From an uncultured virus (IMG/VR IMGVR_UViG_3300031133_000403) (lineage: Duplodnaviria; Heunggongvirae; Uroviricota; Caudoviricetes): a DNA stretch of 64,000 nucleotides. Numbering within the stretch: the first letter of the stretch is position 1; each line of letters opens with the position of its first letter. The stretch lies in IMG/VR virus record IMGVR_UViG_3300031133_000403; one strand, given 5' to 3'. Shown piece after piece: positions 30,062 to 40,104 of this stretch. The position numbers were made by a program, and so were the translations under genes. The notes beneath the pieces are model-generated. The model worked only from the letters and a program-made list of their open reading frames with translations. It was not told the DNA's origin and ran no database searches.

Positions 30062-30180
30062 GGTGGGGACCTTTCCGGGTCTCTTCGACGGCGGCGCTTT
30101 TCGCCTGTGTCGGGATTGTCTTCGCGTCGCCGGGCCTCGCTATGGTCCGGCGATGCGATCGGTGTCGGGCTCTTCTAGGT

Positions 30181-30966
30181 CTAGCCCTCGTCGCCCTTTG
30201 CGGCAATCGCACCGTTCCCGTCGGACTTCGCAGGTTCCGGCGGCGCATCGGGGACGTTGGCCGGCACGAGCTCCACCTGTCCGGGGAACTCGCGTGCGAT
30301 CGTCTCGATCATCGTCATGCCGATGCCGGCCGTGACCTCCTCGATCACCTCGACCTTCAGGTCGCGTGCGAGCAGACCCCTGATCTGATCCTTGACGCAG
30401 TAGTCGGACGCGACGCCGACGACGGTCGCCGTGTCGACCCCCATGGCCTGCAGCCGGTCGAAGAAGTCGTCGCGCGGCATGCCGCTTCCGGTCAGACGCT
30501 CGCGCTGCGCGTTGGTCTGGTAGACGAGCGTCTGGTCGCTGGGCTTCTCCCAGGCGTCGAACACCGTCTTTTCGAGTTCGAACACCGGGATCGCGCTCGG
30601 CACGAGACGCGCGTTGAACACGTTCTCCCATCCCGGGGTGCCCTTCTCGCAGTGCAGCCGGAAGCCCGGGATGCCCTTGTCGGGCTGTCCGAGATGCTCG
30701 ATGCTGCCGAGATATTCGCGTCGCGTGTGCGTGTCGTAGGTGAAAAGCACGGCCGCGTACTCGTCCGACGCCAGGTTCGACAACAGCCCGAGGCCGGGCA
30801 CGATGATCGATTCCGCGCCGGCGATGGCGAGCAGTCCGTAGCGCATCACGAAGTCTGCCTGGGTGTCGACCACCACGAGGATCTTGCGGCGGCGCAGTTC
30901 GCGACTCAGGTCGTCGGTGGCGTTCGTGGCGGCGATGCCGCGCGCCATGGTCTTCAGGTCGGTCAT
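30181..30966 (-). CDS. pncA: Nicotinamidase/pyrazinamidase (isochorismatase family)
   Basis: VVDTQADF, DTH, HC..GT.G, EK, GVASDYCV catalytic motifs; directly upstream of nadE. Confidence 0.85.
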   Translation of the reverse strand: MTDLKTMARGIAATNATDDLSRELRRRKILVVVDTQADFVMRYGLLAIAGAESIIVPGLGLLSNLASDEYAAVLFTYDTHTRREYLGSIEHLGQPDKGIPGFRLHCEKGTPGWENVFNARLVPSAIPVFELEKTVFDAWEKPSDQTLVYQTNAQRERLTGSGMPRDDFFDRLQAMGVDTATVVGVASDYCVKDQIRGLLARDLKVEVIEEVTAGIGMTMIETIAREFPGQVELVPANVPDAPPEPAKSDGNGAIAAKGDEG

Positions 30967-31089
30967 GTTCGACTCCTCCGGTCGTTGTCGCGTCGGGCCT
31001 GTTGCCCTGTGCGATGTCTCAGGTGATGCGCTCGACCGGTCTCGCGATCAAGAGCTTTTCCACAATCATCCCAATTTCGCACGAAGCCC

Positions 31090-31515
31090 CTACGCGGCCT
31101 TGCGACCGGAACCCGGGAAGCGGTGCTGCACGCGCATGGGTCGCACCTTGCCCGTGAACTTGCCCTTGCCGTTCTTGAGTTCGCGGTAGGTGCCGTCGAA
31201 GCGCCAGAGCCGGAACTCGGTGGCGTCCTCGGGCACCTTGCTGCACACGAACTCCATCATGTGCTCGGGGAACCACGGCCCGCCCGACAGGTCCTCGAAC
31301 TTCCAGTCCAGGATCGTGATCTGGCGGTAGCAGCTGTGCGTGAAGAGGATGAACCCCTCGTAGGTGCGACCGGCTTCCGCCCTCATGTGCCCCCAGGTGT
31401 CCTGCAGGATGTGCTCGACCTGCCCGGCCGGCATGCCGGTCTCGGCGGAGCGGCGCTCCGATGCGGGCGTCGGCGGAAGGCTGGGTCGGCGTGCGGATAT
31501 CATGGCGATGGTCAT
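31090..31515 (-). CDS. Hypothetical protein
   Basis: MTIAMISARR... GAGG RBS. Confidence 0.55.
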   Translation of the reverse strand: MTIAMISARRPSLPPTPASERRSAETGMPAGQVEHILQDTWGHMRAEAGRTYEGFILFTHSCYRQITILDWKFEDLSGGPWFPEHMMEFVCSKVPEDATEFRLWRFDGTYRELKNGKGKFTGKVRPMRVQHRFPGSGRKAA

Positions 31516-31532
31516 TTCCTCGGGTCTCCTTG

Positions 31533-32726
31533 TCAGAATGGATGCGTGACGACGGGCGTCGCCGAACCGTATGCCGCCTTGACGGCCATCGCGGCCGCCT
31601 CGCTCACCGTTGTCTTTCCGTGGACCGTCAGGTCGAGCGCCGCGAGTACGTTCAGAAGCGTCTCCAGTTCGCGTACGCGCGGCCCGTTCTCGACTACGCG
31701 CGCATTCGTCGCGTCTGCGAGCTTGACGATCTGCGCCCTCGACGGTGACGTCACGTCGATGGGACCGTGATCGGGACGCATGACGAGGGCGCGGATGCGC
31801 ATCAGCGCCCTGGCGTGGTCGAGTCCGGCTGCATGCTCCACCCACAGGCCCCGTGGCTCGTCGCCGCGCGGTGCACGCGACAGCGTCCAGCCGTTCTCCA
31901 ACTCCACTAGGAGCGATCTTTCGGGTTCTCCGGTCTCCAGAAGCCAGTGGTCCTGACGCGGAGCGTCCCGGTCCTCCTCGAGCACGTGTTCGAAGCCGAT
32001 CTCGGCGAGCATGGTCTCCACCGTGCCCTTCGAGGCCTCGTCGTGGGTCTTCCCGAACACCCTGATCTCCGCGGCGCGTATCCGCGCCAGCAGCGGCGCG
32101 CGCGGCACGTCGTCGCGGTGGACGACCGTGGGCAGTCCGAGAGCCCGTTCGATACCGAGCATCATGTCGCCCGTGGGACGCTCGCTTTCGGCGAACGTGC
32201 TCCAACGCATGTCGAGGAGCGACGCCAGCATGTGCAGGCGCGTGATGGCGGCTGTGGGCTGTCTGGAGATCTGCGCGATCCAGTCGAAGTCCTCCTTCGT
32301 GTAGGATGCCTGCTCGGCCATGCCGGCCCTGGTGATGTCGATGCCGCGTGTGGGATGCGTGGTGACGGGGGACGTCGCGCCGACCTGCATCGTCCCGGCG
32401 TAGTGGCCTCCGATCCTCCAGACGTGGGGCGCGCCGTTCGTCTCGATCTGCCATTTCGGACCTTCGGCGAAGAGCGCCATGCGCACGCCTTCCACCAGCG
32501 TCAGCACGATGCTGTTCGACGGGTCCGCGTAGCTGCGCATCTGCAGCCCGCCGTAGCGTTGCACCGCCAGGCGGCTGGTGCTGATCTGGCGCCATCCGCC
32601 GGTTGGTTCGAAGTCGATCGACTCGCCGTCGTGGTCCGATGGCAGGGCCAGCTTCGCGATCATCCCGCCCAGGATCTCCGGGTCCTCCGACAGATGCAGC
32701 AGTTGATCTCGGTCCAGCTTGAACAT
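31533..32726 (-). CDS. Hypothetical protein
   Basis: MFKLDRDQLL... 397 aa, GAGGA RBS. Confidence 0.65.
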   Translation of the reverse strand: MFKLDRDQLLHLSEDPEILGGMIAKLALPSDHDGESIDFEPTGGWRQISTSRLAVQRYGGLQMRSYADPSNSIVLTLVEGVRMALFAEGPKWQIETNGAPHVWRIGGHYAGTMQVGATSPVTTHPTRGIDITRAGMAEQASYTKEDFDWIAQISRQPTAAITRLHMLASLLDMRWSTFAESERPTGDMMLGIERALGLPTVVHRDDVPRAPLLARIRAAEIRVFGKTHDEASKGTVETMLAEIGFEHVLEEDRDAPRQDHWLLETGEPERSLLVELENGWTLSRAPRGDEPRGLWVEHAAGLDHARALMRIRALVMRPDHGPIDVTSPSRAQIVKLADATNARVVENGPRVRELETLLNVLAALDLTVHGKTTVSEAAAMAVKAAYGSATPVVTHPF

Positions 32727-32779
32727 GGCTTCAGTTCCTCGAATGCGTTCGTGATGGAGGGGTTTCGTGATCGAAGGGT

Positions 32780-33442
32780 CTACTCCCACGTGCCGCCCAG
32801 GTTCGACCACTGCCTGCTGCCGGCATCGCGTGCGCCGTACGCCTTCGCGCGCACGCCCTCCCACTCATGGGCGAGCACCGAGTATCTGTGCTGGTCGGTG
32901 CTGGTGCCGTCGGGCAGCAGGGTTTCCTCCCGCAGCACTCCCTCCCTGAACAGGAGGTTCGAGATGAAGGCGTTCGAGGCCCTGTTCGAGGCCAGCACGT
33001 GCACCACGGTCTTGCGCACGTGGCGGTCCGTGAAGAGCCAGTCCATCACGCGGGTCACGACGTGGCCCATGAAGGCGTTGCCGTGCACCGTCCTGTCGCC
33101 GAGGATCGCGTCGAGTCGCGCGACTCCGTTGGGCGCGATCATGATCGACACGTAGCCGATGGTCTGCCCCGTCTTCGGCACCGATGCGAACAGCACCCAG
33201 GCGCTGCGCCCGTCGTGCTGGTCCATGATCGCCTGTACCTGCTGCATTGGCATGGGTCCGGCGCGTCGTCCGAGCGACCGCGCCACGACCGGATCGGCCA
33301 TCCATGTCGAGAAGGCCTCCAGGCGGTCCGGCGTGCGCTGCGCATCCAGTCGCCATGGTCCAGCATCCATCGCGAGGGCTTCCGACTGTGGGAGTGTCGT
33401 GGTCATGGTGGTCTCCGGGGTTGTCGTTCCTGCCTTCGTCAT
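32780..33442 (-). CDS. GNAT acetyltransferase (RimJ/RimL-like)
   Basis: W..DP.V, IGYV, N.AS, F.EG.LRE, Y.VL..EW pattern. Confidence 0.75.
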   Translation of the reverse strand: MTKAGTTTPETTMTTTLPQSEALAMDAGPWRLDAQRTPDRLEAFSTWMADPVVARSLGRRAGPMPMQQVQAIMDQHDGRSAWVLFASVPKTGQTIGYVSIMIAPNGVARLDAILGDRTVHGNAFMGHVVTRVMDWLFTDRHVRKTVVHVLASNRASNAFISNLLFREGVLREETLLPDGTSTDQHRYSVLAHEWEGVRAKAYGARDAGSRQWSNLGGTWE

Positions 33443-33483
33443 CCTAGAACGTGAATGACTGCGATAGGAAGGATGTGTCGTCG

Positions 33484-33957
33484 ATGAGGGGTGTGTTGCC
33501 GATTGTCGTTCTCGCAGGGGCGCTGTCCGCTTGCGGATCGCCCGAGGAGCGGACGGCTCCGCCGCCCGCCGCCAAGGGCATGGCCCTCCAGGATCTTTCC
33601 AAGGTCTCAGCGGCGGTCTACAAGGACGCGGGCGGGATCAAGGCCGATGCGGCGGTGCTGCGCACCCGCCGCATCGTCGGCAGATGGTCGGGAATGTCCG
33701 ACGCCACGCGGGTCAACGTCGTCTTCGGGTCGGACGGCACCTCCACCATCGAGGCGTTGCGCGCCGACGGCGCCATGATCGCCGGCGGATCGGGGCGTTA
33801 CGCCTGGCAGCCCGACGGCACTCTGAAGGGCACCTTTTCCGGTCTCTCCGGAACCCTCGCGGGTTTCGCCTCCTGGTCGGGAGGCTTTCCCACGACGTCC
33901 TCGATGCTCCTGTCCGGCTCCGGCGTCACGGCGTCCTTGTCGAAGGGGGGCATGTGA
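33484..33957 (+). CDS. Lipoprotein A (cassette copy 1)
   Basis: Lipobox LSAC; paralog of 40101..40598 (AL.D.SKV.AA, R..GRW.G, SGRY.W.PDG.L.GT). Confidence 0.8.
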   Translation: MRGVLPIVVLAGALSACGSPEERTAPPPAAKGMALQDLSKVSAAVYKDAGGIKADAAVLRTRRIVGRWSGMSDATRVNVVFGSDGTSTIEALRADGAMIAGGSGRYAWQPDGTLKGTFSGLSGTLAGFASWSGGFPTTSSMLLSGSGVTASLSKGGM

Positions 33958-34439
33958 CGCGCCGGCTTTCCGTGGCGCTGTCGTTCCTGGGCGTCCTATG
34001 CGCCGGGTGCTCGTCCGCCGATTCAGAGAACCAGGAACGCAAGCGGGAACTATCCGAGTTCTCGAAGTCCCGCGCCACGCAGGTCAAGGTGGCCAAGGCG
34101 ATCGAACAGCGCGCGGCGCGCACGGATCGCGATCCGGTGGGATCACGGAATCTGGCCGAATTGAATGGTCGATGGCGCACGGGCGCGTTGGAGACCGATA
34201 GGCATCTCGAACTGTCGTTCGGCATGGACGGCGTGGTGGTCGTCGACATGATGACGCCTCGCGGATCGCTCGCGTCCGCGCAGGGCAAGTTCGTCTTTCT
34301 TCCGACTGGTCCCGTATCGGTCAGGCTGGCTTCCCCTCGACCCGCGCTCAGGCCGTATGCGACGTTCGTCGTTACCAGGCAGAGCGGCAAGCCGGCCATC
34401 GTCGTCGACGGAAAGAATGTTGCGATTTACAGGATGTAG
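33954..34439 (+). CDS. Lipoprotein B (cassette copy 1)
   Basis: GTG start overlapping previous TGA; lipobox CAGC; paralog of 39610..40104. Confidence 0.75.
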   Translation: MTRRLSVALSFLGVLCAGCSSADSENQERKRELSEFSKSRATQVKVAKAIEQRAARTDRDPVGSRNLAELNGRWRTGALETDRHLELSFGMDGVVVVDMMTPRGSLASAQGKFVFLPTGPVSVRLASPRPALRPYATFVVTRQSGKPAIVVDGKNVAIYRM

Positions 34440-34507
34440 CTATTGTCATTTCATGGGAAGGAGAGCTATTCATCCTGCAAATCTTCTTAAAAGGGGTCTG
34501 CAGGTCT

Positions 34508-34960
34508 ATGCGTGGTTCAGTATTGAAGAGATGCCTGATGGCCGGGGTCGTCGCTCAGACGGTTCTGCTGGCGGCCTCTCCTGCTTTCTCGCAGGAGGTC
34601 GTGATGCGTCGCCCTCTTCCGCGCGATGCACAGCCCTCCACCGGCGTCACGCCACCCGACGTCCCGCCGGTCACCGATCTCGACGATGACGGTCCTGTCA
34701 CTCCGGTCGTCGATCCCGTTGCGGTCTGTGATTCCTCTCCGGGCTCGCCCAAGCCGCAGCTCGTGAGCGCGAACTGGGTGCTCAGTCGTCCCGTGGATAC
34801 CCCCAGCGATTCGCCGAACTGCAAGACGCGCGTCGAGGGCTACCATTGCGAGGCCTACTACACCTGCGTCGCCAGCGGCGACAACGTGGTGTCGGGCGGC
34901 GTGGTGGACGACCAGATCTGCCGCGAGAACGCCCCCGAAATCATCATGCCCAACACGTAA
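34508..34960 (+). CDS. Secreted VVMRR protein C (cassette copy 1)
   Basis: Signal peptide AFS-Q then EVVMRRPLPRDA; paralog of 38820..39473. Confidence 0.8.
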   Translation: MRGSVLKRCLMAGVVAQTVLLAASPAFSQEVVMRRPLPRDAQPSTGVTPPDVPPVTDLDDDGPVTPVVDPVAVCDSSPGSPKPQLVSANWVLSRPVDTPSDSPNCKTRVEGYHCEAYYTCVASGDNVVSGGVVDDQICRENAPEIIMPNT

Positions 34961-34972
34961 GGGGGAATCGTC

Positions 34973-36892
34973 GTGAAGTCACCAATGTTCAAACTGGCGC
35001 TTTTCGCGTCCGTCGCCCTCATGGGCACGCCTGTCGCCAGCTTCGCCCAGAGCCCGATCTTCGATTTGCCCGATGGGCCCAGAGGCAGCGAGAAGCCCGA
35101 GGCGTATTCGTACGACGTGTGCACCACCGACGCCCAGTACAAGCTGGAGCTCGCCGGAGCGTTCGGTCCGTGGCGCAACAATCCCGGCGGGTACACCAAC
35201 TACTCGGAGAGCAATGCCGTCGTCAGCTGCGGCGCGGCGTCCCGTTCCGCACCTCTGAAGTGCGTCAACATCGCCACTCAGCAGGTCATGCCGGGGTCCG
35301 AGTGCAATGGCGCCGCCGTGAACAACTTCAACACGGCCTATGCCAATTACTGGGTTACCGGCGTCGGCGCCATGATGGGCAAGCAGGGGCCCGTGGTGTG
35401 GAGCGCTCTCGAGAAGACTGACCTCGGTGCATGCGGCTACGACTCCTACGAATGGCGCGAGCTGCATCCGGAGGAGGGCATCTGCGGCACGCAGACCGTC
35501 GACAAGATCGCGCAGTGCGTCGACAAGATCACCGGCGAGTTCGTCAGGGAGTCCCTTTGCAGCCCCGCCGGCAAGCCCACCGGCAAGGTCGAGATCACCA
35601 GCACCGCAGGCTGCACCTACGACTATTCGATCGGCACGGCGACGGTTCCGGAACCGTCGTGCGGCACCGCCGAGAAGACCAGGACCGTCGCGTGCCAGCG
35701 CGGCGATGGTCAGGTTGCTGGCGATGGCGACTGCCTTGCGTACTTCAGGGGCGGCTACGACTATCCCATGGTCGAGTACGGCACCGAGCCTCCCTACCAG
35801 GAGGTCTATCCCAGCAGGATTCCGTCGGCATGCGCTGGCCTCAGCGGAAGGGCGCTCTACGACGAATGCGAGCTCTTCTTCGGCGAGGGCGGACAGGCCC
35901 AGTTGAAGCCTCGTTCGGTCGTGACCTTCAACGACGCTCGTTCATGCCAGTCTGACCTGCCCTCGGACTACGAATGGCGCACCGGTGCCTATTCGCCCGA
36001 TCGCACCGGCATCTGCGGCACGAACACCCGGACCGCGTCCGTCTCGTGCTTCAGCAAGACCTCGAACCTCGAGGTGACCTCGTCGTTGTGCGATCCAGCG
36101 GCCAAGCCTCAGACCACCCAGCAGTTCGACGACGTGTCGGGCTGCGTTCCGCAGACGACCGGCGCGTCGTGCGGCGATGCTCCCAGTTCGTCCGACTCGT
36201 CCCAGTTCCAGTCGTGCCTGAGCGGGGCCGGGATCGGCGGCGCCGACAAGCGCTGGAACGTCGAACTGTCGCGCGCGGTCACGCTGACCGACGGCGCCAA
36301 GGTGTTCTGCGTGAAGTCGGAGGGCCCCGCCTTCGGTGGTTCTCAGCAGCCGGACCACCAGCTCTGTTCGCCATCCGATTGGAATGGCGGGGACGGCGTT
36401 TCGAACGACCCGCGTCCAACGTCCTACATCGCCCTCGAGGGCACCGGTGTCTGCGCTTCGGAGTCCCTGCCTTCCTGCACGCCTGCGCCAGCACCGACTC
36501 CGGCCCCGGCTCCGGCGCCGACGCCGGCTGGTCCTCCCAAGGAGTTCCGTCTGGGCACCTGCAACTACACGAGCGGCAGCAGCAAGTACGCTTGCGGTCC
36601 CCGTGCCAACTACAGGCCCGGTCCTGCGGCTCCGTACCCGCATGACATCTGCTCCGGCACCATCCTCGCCGGTAGCGAGACGGACTTCACCGAGGCCTAC
36701 CAGACTCCGAACGCGGGACCGAACTGGAACAAGGCTCCCAACCCGATCGTCAACGTGCCAGGCGCCCAGTGCGTGGTGCATTGGCGCTCGTACGGCTACT
36801 CGAATCAGACGCAGCAGGGTTGGGAGACTGTGTACTTCAGCGGCCCGCCGACCGGCGTGGCTGATGGCCTGTTCATCGGACCCAAGCCTTAG
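34973..36892 (+). CDS. Secreted TSP1-like repeat protein D (cassette copy 1)
   Basis: Signal peptide ASFA-Q; three TSP1-like modules; PAPT linker; C-terminal domain very similar to that of 37133..38782. Confidence 0.85.
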   Translation: MKSPMFKLALFASVALMGTPVASFAQSPIFDLPDGPRGSEKPEAYSYDVCTTDAQYKLELAGAFGPWRNNPGGYTNYSESNAVVSCGAASRSAPLKCVNIATQQVMPGSECNGAAVNNFNTAYANYWVTGVGAMMGKQGPVVWSALEKTDLGACGYDSYEWRELHPEEGICGTQTVDKIAQCVDKITGEFVRESLCSPAGKPTGKVEITSTAGCTYDYSIGTATVPEPSCGTAEKTRTVACQRGDGQVAGDGDCLAYFRGGYDYPMVEYGTEPPYQEVYPSRIPSACAGLSGRALYDECELFFGEGGQAQLKPRSVVTFNDARSCQSDLPSDYEWRTGAYSPDRTGICGTNTRTASVSCFSKTSNLEVTSSLCDPAAKPQTTQQFDDVSGCVPQTTGASCGDAPSSSDSSQFQSCLSGAGIGGADKRWNVELSRAVTLTDGAKVFCVKSEGPAFGGSQQPDHQLCSPSDWNGGDGVSNDPRPTSYIALEGTGVCASESLPSCTPAPAPTPAPAPAPTPAGPPKEFRLGTCNYTSGSSKYACGPRANYRPGPAAPYPHDICSGTILAGSETDFTEAYQTPNAGPNWNKAPNPIVNVPGAQCVVHWRSYGYSNQTQQGWETVYFSGPPTGVADGLFIGPKP

Positions 36893-36914
36893 GGCTTTGA
36901 TGCATTGGTCCTTG

Positions 36915-36947
36915 AAAGGGCGGCGGTCGAACCGCCGCCCTTTTTTT
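36915..36947. terminator. Intrinsic terminator between the convergent cassettes (probably bidirectional)
   Basis: AAAGGGCGGCGGT-CGA-ACCGCCGCCCTTTTTTT. Confidence 0.9.
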
Positions 36948-37132
36948 GTACCGCTTCCAGGTGATCGCGTTGTCGTCGTCGCTGTGTGGCATTGCTGCCC
37001 GTCGGGCTTTCTTCGCACTGCCGTGCGATGCCCTGCCCAGGTCCTGTCTCAACATCTCGTGGCAAGGAAAAGGGACCGGGTTGCTCCCCCGATCCCTTCG
37101 TTCTTCCTGTCTTTTCCCGTTTGCGTCGGGTG

Positions 37133-38782
37133 TCAGGGCTTCTTGCCGATGAAGAGACCCCCAGGCACGCCTGACGGCGGACCGCTGAAGTAGACGCTCT
37201 GCCAACCGGCGTTCCCGTCGTTGGAATAGCCGTAGCGCATGTGCACGACGCAACGTGCTCCGGCGATGTTGTCGAGTCGAGGCGGGGTGGCCCATCCTGC
37301 GCCCGCCCTCGGCGTGCCCAGGACCTCGCCCACCGCATCGCCTTCGGCGCCCGCGACGACGGTCCCGGTGCACATCTCGCGCGGATACGGAGCCGCCGGA
37401 CCAGGACGGTAGTTGTCACGCACGCCGCAGGCGTAGCGACCGCCACCCGAACTTGTGTAGTTGCAGTAGCCAACTTGGATCTGTGCCGGAGGTCCTGCAG
37501 CCGGCACCGGAACGATCTCGGGTTCGGGTGGTGGCGGCGTCGGCGTGGGTGCCGGCGTCGGGGCTGGCGCGCATCCCGATTCGTCCTGGAATGTGATCTG
37601 CGTTTGCGGCTTCTTGGACGGATCGCACAGCGTCGAATCGACCTCGGCGCCGTCCTCGTTCTTCATGCAGAACACGCGGCCCGTCTTGGTGTTCGATCCG
37701 CAGACGTTCTCCTTGTCGACCACGTAGGTCGGATCGTTCCAGTGGTACTCGTCGTACGTCGCGGTCGGGTCGGCCACGCATGAACGCGCATCGGTCACGA
37801 TCCTCGACGACTTCGGGAAGATGTACGGCTGCATGCCGCCGCCTTCCGTGTTGTACTTCATGTCGCACTCGGCGTGGACTTCCTCGGGACCGCCGACGTT
37901 GCATGCCGACGGCATGCGGTAGATGAGGATGTTGTTGCCCGACGCGATGGGGCTGCCGAGCGGCCATGGATACATGCCCTGGCTCCAGAACTCCGAGACG
38001 GGAACGCCCTGCGGCGAATGGTACTTGTCGACGCCGATGGTCAGGTAGCTCGCGCACTTTGCTTCGGGGACCTCGACGCCGTCCGGACCCACGCACTTGA
38101 CCTCGCGCGTCTGCGTGACCTGGCCGCAGCTCGGCGGAATCTCGGACCATGGACCGGCGGTGAAGTCGTATCCGCAGCCTTGGGTGCTTGTGATCGTCTT
38201 CGTTCCCGTTGGTTTCGTCGCGGCATCGCACAGCGACGGATTCCAGGTGTTCTCGCCCGTGTCTACCTTGATGCATGTGACGGTGACGGGCACGTCCTGC
38301 GTCCCGCAGACCCCCGAGATGTCGGGTGCGGAGGACTTCCAGGTGTACGTTCCAGCCGGGCATGAACCCAGGTTCTTCTGTTCGGTGGCGTAGAGCGTGT
38401 TGTTGCCGTAGTTCTGCAACAGCCTGAGGTTCTGGTTGGCGACGCGCCACTTCTCCGCCGCGCTGTTGCCACCGCCGCTCTGGCACTTTTCTATGTCGGC
38501 CGTGGCGCCCTTCTGGTCGACGCACTTGAGCGGGATCTGGCGAATGCCGTTGTTGCAGATGGCGACCGGGTATGTCGGGTCGTACTCCGGTGCACCGACC
38601 TCGGGATACCGCACGTCGCGCCATATGCTCGGCGGGCCGTCGCCGACCACCTGATAGGTGTTCGTGGCGTCGGGTCCGCACTGCGTCAGCTGATCCGTCG
38701 GTTTCGCGTTCTGGGCCTGCGCGGCCGCTGGCGTGATGGCGAGCATCGTGAACGCGACGCCGCACAGCAGGGTCTTCTTCAT
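37133..38782 (-). CDS. Secreted TSP1-like repeat protein D' (cassette copy 2)
   Basis: Signal peptide AQA-Q; three TSP1-like modules; C-terminus ...NYRPGPAAPYP...VYFSGPP.GV..GLFIG.KP shared with 34973..36892. Confidence 0.85.
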   Translation of the reverse strand: MKKTLLCGVAFTMLAITPAAAQAQNAKPTDQLTQCGPDATNTYQVVGDGPPSIWRDVRYPEVGAPEYDPTYPVAICNNGIRQIPLKCVDQKGATADIEKCQSGGGNSAAEKWRVANQNLRLLQNYGNNTLYATEQKNLGSCPAGTYTWKSSAPDISGVCGTQDVPVTVTCIKVDTGENTWNPSLCDAATKPTGTKTITSTQGCGYDFTAGPWSEIPPSCGQVTQTREVKCVGPDGVEVPEAKCASYLTIGVDKYHSPQGVPVSEFWSQGMYPWPLGSPIASGNNILIYRMPSACNVGGPEEVHAECDMKYNTEGGGMQPYIFPKSSRIVTDARSCVADPTATYDEYHWNDPTYVVDKENVCGSNTKTGRVFCMKNEDGAEVDSTLCDPSKKPQTQITFQDESGCAPAPTPAPTPTPPPPEPEIVPVPAAGPPAQIQVGYCNYTSSGGGRYACGVRDNYRPGPAAPYPREMCTGTVVAGAEGDAVGEVLGTPRAGAGWATPPRLDNIAGARCVVHMRYGYSNDGNAGWQSVYFSGPPSGVPGGLFIGKKP

Positions 38783-38819
38783 GGTCTTGAATCCTTTCTG
38801 TTTCTGGAAGTGCGTCGCG

Positions 38820-39473
38820 TTACATCGGAGTGGGGCCGCTGTCGGGCGGCAGGAGAATTTCCGGATATCCGCATGCGCTGCCGAATTCCACGTAACCGTC
38901 TATGACGCAGCCGAATCCCGCGATCGTGCTCTCATCGAATGCGCCGCAGACCCTGTAGCGAGGCCCCGGTTCTTCGCAGATGCCGGGCGGCAGTCCGCCA
39001 TTCCCTCCGCCGCCACCGCCGCCGTCGCCGATTTGCGGCGGATACGAAACGTTTCCGTCGTAGTTTTCGCAGACCGAGTCCGGTGCGTCGCTGGTGAAGC
39101 TGGTGTTCTGCCCCTGTGCCTGGCACGTGAACGTGGCCTGGCAGACGTATGCCATCTTCTGGACGACGCATGAGTTCGCGGGATCCATCGGCCCCGCGCT
39201 CCAGCCCGTTGCCACCCATGCCACGTCCGAGATCACTGGCTGGGGCGATCCGGGTTGCCCGTCGCACAGCGCCAGCGGATCGGGCACGACTTCGTCGGGC
39301 GTGCTCGGATCCGGGTTCGTCACGGGTGGCGTCGGGGTTCCTGGCGTGGTGACCGCGTCGCGCGGCAATGGGCGCCGCATGACCAGTTCGGTCTGCGCCA
39401 TCGCCGGACAGATCGCCCCGATCTGCAGTCCCGCCATCGCCATCAGCGCGATCTTGAACTTCCTGTGATTCAC
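38820..39473 (-). CDS. Secreted VMRR protein C' (cassette copy 2)
   Basis: Signal peptide AMA-Q then TELVMRRPLPRDA; DP.A.CD..PGSP.P shared with 34508..34960. Confidence 0.8.
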   Translation of the reverse strand: MNHRKFKIALMAMAGLQIGAICPAMAQTELVMRRPLPRDAVTTPGTPTPPVTNPDPSTPDEVVPDPLALCDGQPGSPQPVISDVAWVATGWSAGPMDPANSCVVQKMAYVCQATFTCQAQGQNTSFTSDAPDSVCENYDGNVSYPPQIGDGGGGGGGNGGLPPGICEEPGPRYRVCGAFDESTIAGFGCVIDGYVEFGSACGYPEILLPPDSGPTPM

Positions 39474-39609
39474 TGCCTGCCGCCCCGTAATGGTTTTCCG
39501 GATGGAACCATTACATATCGACCTCTATCCTGCAACCTCTAGATGATTTGGTTTCGGTCGTCGTCGATGAGAGCGCCGCATGAATGGTCTTCCTCCATGT
39601 CCAGCGTGT

Positions 39610-40104
39610 TCAACCATTCCTGGTTAACGCAATCGACGTCTTTCTGCCCATCATCGTCCAGGTTCCACCGGATCGCGGCACCATCGTCCACTTGGAGAAC
39701 GGGATCAGGCTCTTGCGCGCATTCGTCAGGGTGCCCGAGAAACCGAAGGCGCTGCCGTTCATGGTTCCCTGGGCGTGGTTGACCGAAGCCCCGTCGGCGT
39801 TGATCTCCTCCATCACGACGATGCCGTCCCGGCTGAACGACACCCTCATGGTCGTTCCTCTTACCGCCGTCTGCGCCGTCCACGTCCCCTCGATGGTCCT
39901 CTTGCGTCGATCCGCCGCCGCCAGCGGCGCCACCGCTGGGTGCCGCTTCGCAGCCGCCTCCTTGGACCGGGCGATCTGACGCCGCCCCTCCGCCGATGCC
40001 GCGTAGGCCTCGAGCGACCCCGTGTCCCTGCCCGTCTTGTCCTCGTTGGAACCACAGGCGGACAGCAGCGCCGCCGCCAGCATGGACATTCCGGCCGACC
40101 TCAC
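39610..40104 (-). CDS. Lipoprotein B' (cassette copy 2)
   Basis: GTG start overlapping previous TGA; lipobox LLSAC. Confidence 0.75.
   Translation of the reverse strand: MRSAGMSMLAAALLSACGSNEDKTGRDTGSLEAYAASAEGRRQIARSKEAAAKRHPAVAPLAAADRRKRTIEGTWTAQTAVRGTTMRVSFSRDGIVVMEEINADGASVNHAQGTMNGSAFGFSGTLTNARKSLIPFSKWTMVPRSGGTWTMMGRKTSIALTRNG

Noticed and set aside
19621..39473. VVMRR as a twin-arginine (Tat) signal
   Set aside because: The RR lies after the hydrophobic region and predicted cleavage site, not before it.
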